Source: Ylistrum balloti (Eukaryota). Taken from it: 64,000 bases of DNA. Positions 27,395 through 38,300 of this stretch are shown piece after piece (position 1 is the first letter of the stretch; each line of letters begins with the position of its first letter). Under the pieces are notes generated by a model. It had not been told where the DNA came from. It was given only the letters and a program-made list of their open reading frames with translations, and did not search any database. The stretch lies in contig NW_026781870.1 of NCBI RefSeq assembly GCF_031769215.1, forward strand, positions 372,001-436,000, given 5' to 3'. A program made the position numbers and the translations under genes.

Positions 27395-28625
27395 AATCTA
27401 CGTCACAGACTACAGACCAGTCTGCAATAGGTCAGCACGAAATACTAACGTTACGTCACAGACTATGGGCCAGCCTGTAATAGGCCAGCATGTAACACCT
27501 TCGCTTCGTAACTGACTACAGGGCAGCACGTAATACCTTATCTACGTCACAGACTACAGGCCAGCCTGTAACACCTACGCTTCGTCAATGACTATAGACC
27601 TAAACTACGTCACAGATTACAGACTAGCCTGCAATATGCCAGCACGAAATACTAACGTTACGTCACAGACTATGGGCCAGCCTGTAACACATACGCTTCG
27701 TCAATGACTATAGACCCAAACTACGTCACAGATTACAGACTAGCCTGCAATATGCCAGCACGAAATACTAACGTTACGTCACAGACTATGGGCCAGTCTG
27801 TAACACCTACGCTTCGTCATTGACTATAGACCTAAACTACGTCACAGATTACAGACTAGCCTGTAATAGGCCAGCCCGTAATATCTTCGCTTCGTCATTG
27901 ACCACAGACCTAAACTACGTCTCTGACTACAGACCAGCATGTAACAGGCCAGCATGTAACACCTACGCTTCGTTACCGACTATAGACCAGCCTGTAATAG
28001 GCCAGCATGTAACACCTACGCTTCGTCACTGACTATAGACCAGCCTGTAATAGGCCAGCATGTAACACCTACGCTTCGTTACCGACTATAGACCAGCATG
28101 TAACAGGCCAGCATGTAACACCTACGCTTCGTTACCGACTATAGACCAGCCTTTAATATGCCAGCATGTAACACCTACGCTTCGTCACTGACTATAGACC
28201 AGCCTGTAATAGGCCAGCATGTAACACCTACGCTTCGTTACCGACTATAGACCAGCATGTAACAGGCCAGCATGTAACACCTACGCTTCGTCACTGACTA
28301 TAGACCAGCCTGTAATAGGCCAGCATGTAACACCTACGCTTCGTTACCGACTATAGACCAGCATGTAACAGGCCAGCATGTAACACCTACGCTTCGTCAC
28401 TGACTATAGACCAGCCTGTAATAGGCCAGCATGTAACACCTACGCTTCGTTACCGACTATAGACCAGCATGTAACAGGCCAGCATGTAACACCTACGCTT
28501 CGTTACCGACTATAGACCAGCCTGTAATAGGCCAGCATGTAACACCTACGCTTCGTCACTGACTATAGACCAGCCTTTAATATGCCAGCATGTAACACAT
28601 ACGCTTCGTAACAGAGTACAGGTCG
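27395..28625. repeat. Composite minisatellite: ~116-bp period switching to a 53-bp period
   Basis: ACAC(C/A)TACGCTTCGTCA recurs at 27571, 27687 and 27803 (116-bp period). Then CCTACGCTTCGT(T/C)AC(C/T)GACTATAGACCAGC(C/A)TGTAA(T/C)AGGCCAGCATGTAACA repeats every 53 bp from 27962 to ~28600 (12 copies). Confidence 0.97.
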
Positions 28626-29370
28626 GCATGCAATAGACCAAGACAGGATACCTAGGCCTTGTCACAAAAATCAGGAGAATATATAACAGTCAAACACATA
28701 AAACCTCAGCTTCGTCACGGACCATATGCCAGCACTTTACGTACGCTTTGTCACTGACTACAGACCAATACGTCATACAGTTGATGCAGATATTTATGAC
28801 GTCAGTGACATGTTTGCTGTTACCAGTACATTGTCATGACGCACTGCACCACTAAACCGCGCACATTTTCCATTAAAATATTAACGATATTGAAAAAAAT
28901 CCGGTTTTAGTAGACACCACTGAGAGACGAGAATATCTTATTGTATCATTAACACCCAAATACAGCTACAGTTGTAATTCTGTATAAGATCAGCGTTGAT
29001 GTAACACTTATACAAATATTATTTCAGTTTTGGCAGACGGTTCACTGGCAACATTTCCCGCCAAACACCGTGTTGTCTGTCTCAGATTCAAATGGCACTC
29101 CCATTGACAAATTCTTTGTATGAAAAATGTATCAATATTTAAAGTTATAGGACATTGGTATCGATCATTTTGTTTGCCTATTAAATTTTCAATGTAAGTA
29201 AATTTCCTACGTAAAGGCACGTGCTAATTTCTATTGACATTTTTATCCCCAATCGTGACTTTCAAACTTTGCAAAAAAAGGTTCCTTTGAAGACTGAAGT
29301 ACGCATGTGCTTGACTAGAGAAAAATAGAAACGGTAGCCAGCAATGTCATTCCATTTGGCGTTGTTTCAG

Positions 29371-29416
29371 TACAAATGTATACATCTGAAAGGTTTGGGT
29401 CTAAAAATACACCTCA
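29371..29416 (+). other. Candidate 46-nt internal exon (host gene unknown)
   Basis: Acceptor TTTGGCGTTGTTTCAG| and donor TCA|GTAAGTA. Two frames open, no recognisable peptide. Confidence 0.2.
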
Positions 29417-29581
29417 GTAAGTATGATTGCATGTGTATGATCTTAAAATAAATATTGGATGTGATCGGAGATATTCGCTTTTACAGAAGTCCATTTATGT
29501 ATGTCTAGGGAATCACGTCTGGTGGGATACAATGGTCGATGGAGCAGGTCTGTTGAAATCTTATATATCAAGGAAGGTTTC

Positions 29582-30130
29582 GTGTAATCATGTGTCTAAA
29601 TGGTAGGTGTAATCTTGTGTAAGAACGTTGGTGTAATCTCGTGTCAGAACATTGGTGTAATCTTGTGTCAGAACGTTGGTGTAATCTTGTGTAAGAACGT
29701 TGGTGTAATCTTGTGTCAGAACGTTGGTGTAATCTTGTGTAAGAACGTTGGTGTAATCTCGTGTCAGAACATTGGTGTAATCTTGTGTAAGAACGTTGGT
29801 GTAATCTCGTGTCAGAACGTTGGTGTAATCTTGTGTCAGAACGTTGGTGTAATCTCGTGTCAGAACGTTGGTGTAATCTTGTGTCAGAACGTTGGTGTAA
29901 TCTTGTGTAAGAACGTTGGTGTAATCTCGTGTCAGAACGTTGGTGTAATCTTGTGTAAGAACGTTGGTGTTATCTTGTGCAAGAACGTTGGTGTAATCTT
30001 GTGTCAGAACGTTGGTGTAACCTTGTGTCAGAACATTGGTGTAATCTTGTGTCAGAAGGCTGGTGTAATCTTGTGTCAGAACATTGGTGTAATCTTGTGT
30101 CAGAAGGCTGGTGTAATCTTGTGTCGGGTT
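29582..30130. repeat. 24-bp minisatellite, ~22 copies
   Basis: GGTGTAATCT(T/C)GTGT(C/A)AGAAC(G/A)TT repeated from 29606 to ~30126, with degenerate partial copies on both sides. Confidence 0.98.
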
Positions 30131-33100
30131 AGGAATAATCTTGTGTCAGAAGTTTATTGTAAATTTGTGTCTGAACGTAATCTTGTTTCGTCAGAATTTG
30201 GGAGAAGTTTCGATCAGGGACATGTCAAAAGGTGTTAGATGGTTTGGTGAAGTTTTGTGTGATAATTTCGATGGGTCCTGACAACTCGTATGGTGTCAGT
30301 TGATTCAGGAGGCTGACTATAATTACAGAAAAAAGATGCGTGGTAAAGTTAGGTGCACTATTATACAGGTTGGTGTCTACAAAATGGATATCATTGTAAA
30401 CGAGCGTGTCAGTACTGTTGGTGTATTGTTTTATAACAATCTCAATCTGCTCACCCGCATGTTTGGGGTGAACTTTTTATTGTGTGTCATCGTTTCTGGT
30501 GTAAACTTGTAATTAATTGTGACTGTATATTTGCTTCAGTATTACCGACAAACCGGTTGAGTAAGTTGTAATCATCCCTATGTTTGGTGAACATGTTGAT
30601 AACTCTAAGACTTTATTCAAACGGATTCATTTTGACCATGCACATTCACTAAAAGTACTTGATAACCTAGAAAAATTAGTAATCAAACAGGCTTTATAAA
30701 TTCAGCCGGGTTAATGCTTTTATATCAAAGAAAACCGTCCCAGTCGATTGGCTGGTGATTTCATGAAAGGTTAACATCCTTATCTAAATACTACAGAAAC
30801 ACGATAGAGAAAACACCATGTGAAAACGATCTAGTCAATACCGGTACATAATCCTTATAGGGAAGGTTAAAGGACTAGTCTAAAAACCGGATATGTTATC
30901 CGGATGTGGAGTCCGGATATGGCCCGGAACATTTCGGGAAGGTTATTCCAAGTATGACAATGCTGCCAGATCGGTTAATGGAAGCTTTTTAAGTTCACAT
31001 TGATTTGGAAATACCAAATTGGTTTCGTGGAAGAAAACCTTAAAATGTCAATAACGCCCAATCGCATGCTAGCCGGTTTATCGTTCAAGTTGTTCAGTAC
31101 TAATGGGAGGATCAGGGCAAACAGATTCCGATACAGCCGCGTCGTAGTCCCTATTGTCGAGATTTAATTATTTTCACTAAATGCAAAAATAGAGGGAAGA
31201 AAAATAAAATTGCAATTATGAGGGTTTTACAATTGATACTTCTGCCTGCAAAGTGTTCGTGTAACATAAAGGGTGTCAGCGATTTTCACAAGAACACACC
31301 TGCCTTTTAGTATCCTGTTAGTGTCTACTTCTGTATTCGGGTTTTAACATTGGCGCATATGATACAAAATATAAGTTCAGTAGAAGTTATCGCGATCAGG
31401 AACCATTTTGAAATGGAGGTGATTTAAGACATGTCTTTAGGCAACTTTGCAAATAAGAAAACATGGCGGCAAATGATCGAACTACTGGTTGATGCTGTTC
31501 AACGATCTAAACATGATCATATTTACTTCATATGTATCGGAGTTTTACAGGAAACGATTCTGTCAACAGATATTTAAACCGATGATCTCTCATCAATGAA
31601 AACATTAAACAACGAAGTGACGAACAGCTGGTTAGGTTTTTCGTGTTGTTTCGTAGTTTAGAATATGTCGCTTAAACTTTACCGTCTGACTTCTATTAGA
31701 TACTTGTTGAAAACAAAGTTGATATTTCCTTCTATCAGACCAGTCTTCTACTGGTGTACTAGTTTATTTGCACTTGATATCAAGTCTTGTTCACCCATTG
31801 TCTCGATCACCACGTGATGGCGTAACGTGAGCAGACATTAAGAGTCTAGTTGAACGAGACTACCTGAAACAAAATTCTAATATTTTTAAGTCTGGCACAC
31901 GAGAGTCAAAAAGGGGAAAGAACTCCGCAACAACCACAATAGCTTTTAGTGACTAACAAAAACGACTGCAAGGAAACATTCCATAACAATTAGCACTATC
32001 TCGACGGTATTGAAAGGTCATTTTGTTTCTATTATGTAGCTATGTAATAAGGACTAAACATCATCATCATCATCATCACTACCATCACTACCACCACAAT
32101 ATATAGCTACTCGAGTAGAATAGAATGACTGACCTACTTGACCTTTGTTCCGTTTCCCTCACAATCTCGCGATAAAGGAAACCTCAAGGATTTCAAGTGC
32201 AATTTTACACTGCATTTGTAGTCAATCTTTCTCTTAAGTAATTTGCCTAAACGTCTTTGCCGGTCGCTTGTACCGATAAGGTCACTCACGCGCTTAGAGT
32301 CTAAAGTTACAAGTACATACACAAGGAAATAGGTCAAGAATTTTAATCTTATTTGATTTTGAATCATCCGGGAATGTCCTGTTCCTTATCTGAGGTATAA
32401 TGGAGTTTAACTGTCCAAAGCTTGATTTTAAAACTGACTTTTCACAACGAACAAAAACAGTGTCTTATGATTAATCACAATGAAATGTGATAAACTCAGA
32501 ACGGATTTTCTTAATTCTGTCAGAAACATGAGAAATACAACTCTTTGAAACGGCACCCTAGAAGTTACGTATATTTTTTCAACAACAAAACTAAACAAAA
32601 TTAGAATTAAATGATATTTCCTGCTATACCATTATTTTGGAGAATTGAAAGCTCATTTGCTCAGTAAAATTTTGATATCGGTACCATGTTTGTGTCATTC
32701 TTACTCCTTACACCTTACATTCTTCTGTATTGATAGATTTGTTTTCTGACTAGCGGATGTCATTCAAATCAGTGCCAGGATTGATGACATCACACGTTCA
32801 GTTAAATACGTCATTTTATCGTGTGTTCGGTGACCGTTACTGGTAAAGTTTCGTCAGAACTGTACATAAACATTCCGTCCATCACAAGGTAATAACGATT
32901 AATTGGAAAGAGATTTGCCTAACCATTACTTTATATGACTATAATTAGCCCAGCTTTATACGGGATATTAGCGCATTCTGTAGGCTTGGATAATTCTGAC
33001 TCGTTCAAGCGTTTAATTGAATCAGAAGAAATGTTAATCAAACGAGTGGACTGCTTTTGGTTTGTTGTAGTCGTTTAGGCAATTCATGACCGTATTTGAA

Positions 33101-33639
33101 CCATGGTCAGGAAAATACAGACATCACTCTTTATTAAAATTACGTATCCCAACTACTGCGAGATATGCACTGACTTGGTGAGATGGAAAACTTCAGTCTG
33201 AGCACAGCCCCAAGGCGACATCAATTCATCAAGCCAAAATATGCAGAGCTATCAGATTAGTTACGCATCTTACTGCGCAAAAATAACCAGTTGAATTATT
33301 TTTCCGATTCTTTAAGAAAAGTCAAAGCAAAATTATACGGAAATACATGTATTCACCATGACAGCAGTTGATGCAATGCTGCTTATCTCAAGCAAGTCTC
33401 TGTAGTTACTGAAAGTAAGCCAATCCTGTTTTTTTAATTCTCAGCCAAGGCTTTCCTTGTCCTTTGTTACTGAATGTCATAGAAGCTTGTTTTTATTATC
33501 AACAAGTGAAATACAGCCGATCTCGTTCTTTAGTTTCCAAATGTCAGGTAATGTCCCTTTCAGGAATTCAGTGTTCGATAACTTCGTTCTCTGTTTTACA
33601 GCGTGTCATCAATTCTCGCCATCAGTTTCTATCTGTCAG

Positions 33640-33990
33640 TCTACCTCGTCCTGAATTACCGTGTGTCCTCTAACCTCTCTTTGAGATACTGATAACCTTG
33701 TCCTGAGCTACTGTGCCTCAGCTAACCTCGTTCTTAGGTAGTGCATATCAGGTAACCTCGTTCTTACTAATGTTGTGTCAACTAACCTCGTCCTGAGCTA
33801 CTGCTTGTCGGCTAACCTCGTTTTGAGATACTGCTAACCTCGTCCTGAGTAACTGTGTGTCAGCTAACCTCGTTTTGAGGTACTCCATGTCGGCTTACCT
33901 CGTTCTTACTTATGTCGTGTAAACGAACATCGTCCTGACTTACTTTATGTCAGCTAACTCAAGTCTTAGTTACTGGGATCAGCTATTATC
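33640..33990. repeat. Degenerate ~30-bp minisatellite, ~11 copies
   Basis: CTAACCTCGT(C/T)(C/T)T(G/T)A..TACTG..TGTC(A/G)G anchored at 33722, 33752, 33782, 33812 and onward, with two shortened units. Confidence 0.9.
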
Positions 33991-35287
33991 GTCCCCAGTA
34001 ACTGAACTTCAAAATGCCTCTCCCAGTGTTTATTTAGTATAAATGATGCATCGTAAAAAAATAAAGCCATAGTGACTTTATTTCTTATCATTTACTGGAA
34101 CTACATCACAACAACCGCCGGACCAGAGGTCACCATACTTGAGTCTAACGGGAATGGATTCACGTTATGTTTGTAGAAAAGTCCCGATTTCACTTGCAAC
34201 GTGGCGACAGCAGACAAAGATTATGGAGGCAATGGGCAGCAATTTTGCTATCGCAGACATTGGTGCTATAAAGTCGTCCGCTAACACCGCCTGTTGTCAA
34301 TTAATATAAGATAACCTTGACCCCTGTACGTTAAGGTCAACTGACCTCGTTCTACTTATAGAAGACTTTCGATTTTAATCAGCCTTACTCCAATCAACGT
34401 AATGCATGTCTACACAAGCTGGATGAAAAGAATTCGGGTTTGGACAAATTTGGTAACGCGAAATTATAGAATTGTGTACGGTTCTTAATAATAGTAATGG
34501 ACGGCCCTTTTCACCTATTACAACAGCCGTTCACTGTCAATCCGCAATGTATATAATTCCAATGAAAAAGTCCTTCTGTTGTTGCAAATTGATAAAGATT
34601 AATGAACAAAAATCAAGTAATGGAAATGAAACACTTGATCATGTTCCTTGTGAGATGGTATCACTATATCTAGGGTATGGTGCGAATAGTTCGTTCCATG
34701 ATGACAAAAATGTCCGAAGTGTGGACCCTTGGACGTGTGTAATTGTATTGTCGTGATTGAAGAAGCGTCCTAGTAGCACCACTCCACCTAGCGGCGATTG
34801 ATTGCCTGGCCAGGATCCATTTACAAATGTCACCGAAGGTTAAACTAGCGCGGGAGTACTTATTACTTCTGTAAATAACATACGAGAGCCGAGGAGACGC
34901 AATAGATGGATCAGCATTCTACTATCGGACACCGTTCAATGTCGGAACTAACTGCCAACAAATGAAGATTTATTGCCATTTTCTCCGACTCTTCGATAAT
35001 ATCAGTCTCGGCTTTTCCCAAAACTTTCATTGAATAAAATATAACAAATTTACATATATTTATTGGCTTTCTTTTTTTACAAGATTCAATAAAATTTGTA
35101 CCAAAATTTTGCATACGTAGAAATTTTAAAGACACGCGGGCACTTTGGATATTCGCCAGAACAAATTGCACTGAGGGAGCACAGCGAGTCGGTGGAAGGG
35201 TGATAAGGTTGATTTGATAAAAGTTATCACACGAATTTCAGAAGTTCTGTGGTACTGCAAACGAACCATTTCGCTGGATGCACTTAC

Positions 35288-35308
35288 CTTCGCAGTTACT
35301 GAAACCAT
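35288..35308 (-). CDS. Candidate first coding exon (MVSVTAK)
   Basis: Minus strand reads CAGCCGCCAAAATGGTTTCAGTAACTGCGAAG|GTAAGTG: good start context and a consensus AG|GTAAGT donor. I could not assign a downstream exon with confidence. Confidence 0.28.
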
Positions 35309-38300
35309 TTTGGCGGCTGATCGAACAGGAGTGACAGTGTTTTAAAGACATATCGTCCCAATTTCAAATGAATACCATTTTTGGAGTTGTCCACTAATAT
35401 GAAGTGATCTGAAGGAAACAATTCAATAAAGCGGTGTGGAAACAACCAAACATCTACGTTGTATGAACTGCGTTTCAATTTGTGTTTATCTTTTGTTTTT
35501 GTGATACTTTTTATCGATTCGTTACACGCCCCTTTAACATGGGCTTTGGTCGACAAGTCAAGCATTCAAAGAGGAAGTGATTTGTTTATTCATTCATTGG
35601 AAATGCAAAAACAAAAGGAGACCTACATTTTACGTAAATTCAAATATATTTTCAAAATGTATATATACAATGAAATATAAGGTTAAATACTAAAACTTGT
35701 ACATGTTGAATGCAGTATCATTAATTCAAATCATGTTTAAAATGAAATGGCGTCAACAGAAGGGACAAAATTTTGAATTTCCGTTGAAATTACCTTTCCG
35801 TTGACTGACAAACACTATCAGTTTTTAACCAATATTTCGATACTTTAACTGTGTAAATAAGATGCAAAACGCACTCACAGATTTGATATTGTAACGATAG
35901 AACTGTCAAAATATACATAAGAACACGAAAGCTAACAGAAAAATAAAGCTCCATGCACCCTAACCGGTTCAAATTTTCAGTTGGTATCAACAACAATTAC
36001 AGATCAGTATCACGTAAATTTCAAAACTACTTTGTACGTTTCACATAGGTGATGATTTTCAATATCTCTATTAAGAGATCTGCGCTGCTGAAAATAGCAC
36101 AATAACTCAAAATGACTATAAGGACTGGGTCTAAACCGTTGGACTACTGCGGTAAGATGTGCTTCGTCGCCGCCATCTTGAAATGTCCCTCTCCGACCAT
36201 AAACACGACTGTGATGTCAATACATATTTTTCGTTTCACTAGATTATGGTTTAAACAAAGTTTTTTTCCTGAAAACATAAGCAGACGATTCCCCATAGCT
36301 GTTCCGGATCAAACTTGAAGTAAAATAAGAAAATGGCGAATTATCGACTTCCTGTGTACCAATTTCCAGATCATTTGAAAGACCAGGAAAAACAAGAAGA
36401 AAGAGATTTTAAAAACCACGATAATGCAATTAAAATGTTTTCAAGAGTTTGAAGCTAGTTAACAATCTCATACCAAATTTCAGTTGAAAAATAGTTAAAA
36501 TGCAAAAAAAAAATGTCAAATATGTCAAATATGTCAAAAATGCCACTGCACACGTGTCAGTCCAGCCACGTGTTAAAGTTGTGATATGTGTTGGGAGGAG
36601 GTAGAATGAAGGGGAGATTATGAGGGGTTTGGTTACGCAGAAGTATTGTCTGGCGGATGAAAAAAACAACCTGCTAAGTTATCTTACAGTAGGTATCAGT
36701 CAGTAATCATGTACAGATTAAACCGAATAAACCATGCGCGGAAAAAAAAATAAACCTAGTTTTCTAAATCATGGTCGATTTCTGGTCAAGATAGCAATGG
36801 TGAATGGGTATGAAAGACTGAACCGATTTAGGGAGTTAACTCAAGCTGTTATCAATAACAAAAGACTACCTTAGCAACATAAAGACTCATTCTAACACCA
36901 TTTCACTGTACTGTGGCATTTTGAATTACGAGTTATACATTGTAGTTGTTTCAACAAAATATTTTTAACGGATTTTAACATCTTCGCAACAGCCCTGGTC
37001 ATATGAGGACAGGAGTCATGAGGGACACCGAGAGTGGAAAATAAAGCACAAGATAGTGACGACATGAAATATTACCTGGTACCAATGTTTAAAGAAAGGG
37101 TAATATGATAAAAGTAAGACGCATGTGATGTAAGAAAGCCGATTGTTTTATGTTGTAAATATATACCACGTTGTCAGTGTCCTAACATCTAAGTAATGAA
37201 AACTGTAAATGGCCGAGGATTCCAATCGTTTCGTTCTAACTTCCCATGCATGAAGAGTTAGCAGATAAAAGGGAACAGCGCCTTTTTTACGTCACGAACA
37301 TTGTAAAAGATAACATAGTTACATAAACCGAGAATGTTATGTATGTCTACACCAAGACCGTTCACTTCTATCGAGGATTATCTGTAAAGCGCAATTCGGA
37401 ATATTTTTGTGATTAATATTTTGTATATTAAGCAAACAGGCGTGCTACAACTTTAACCACGTGTAAGAGCAATTGGAAATCTGAACAAAAAGACGTAACA
37501 TAAAAAAATGCGGACATGCAGCGATCTCTTTTTTCGTCTTCTTTTATGATCTGGACATTGAATATTGTTCGACAGACTTCGAATCATTGTTAGCTGAATA
37601 TCTTGTACCTAACTAATTAAGGACTAATTTGATGCTTATCTAGTAAAGCACCATCATGTTTAACACACACGCCCATTTAATGAGCGAAGTTATATATGGG
37701 GAAAAGGTCTGCTGTACCGAGATAGTATCGGATCAAGTGGGTTTTAGACCGTCATATCGACCCTGGAACATTTGGTTTTACAATCTATTTCAAATACAGA
37801 AGAAATTCGCCTTGTCACTATACGTTAAAGGAATATTCCATTTTAGAAATAAAAAGAAAACCGATAAAATGATTTTATTCTGGATTGTAGTTGACTTGCC
37901 TAAAGGTGTGGGCCAAATGTTTTAGGTATGGTTGGACTTCCTGGTCTTAAATGCGATGAAGATAAGGAGAAAAAATAACCCCATCTTCAATAAACATCAT
38001 CTTCAATCCTTCCAGCTACATGAACCTAAATCAAATAATCATTTCAGAATTAATTCTTAAATTGTGAGATAAAGATTTAAAAGAAACTGCGACAGATAAC
38101 TCTATGAAAATGAAAGCATCAAGAAGAGTATTTTCCGGCAGAAATGTAACAATACCACTTCCGATTCTGAAGAGATTGATACATGTATTTGTACCAATTT
38201 AAAGCATAAATACTTCTAGACGGGTATCGAATCCTATTTGAAAAAGTAATTATACTTCATGTTCGAAAAAGTATCTATTCTTAGTCTGGATACTTGAAAT

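Noticed and set aside
34100-34290. Cadherin-like VTILES..VATADKDYGGNGQ peptide
   Set aside because: In-frame stop between the motifs, spacing about 10 residues too long, and no neighbouring cadherin repeats.
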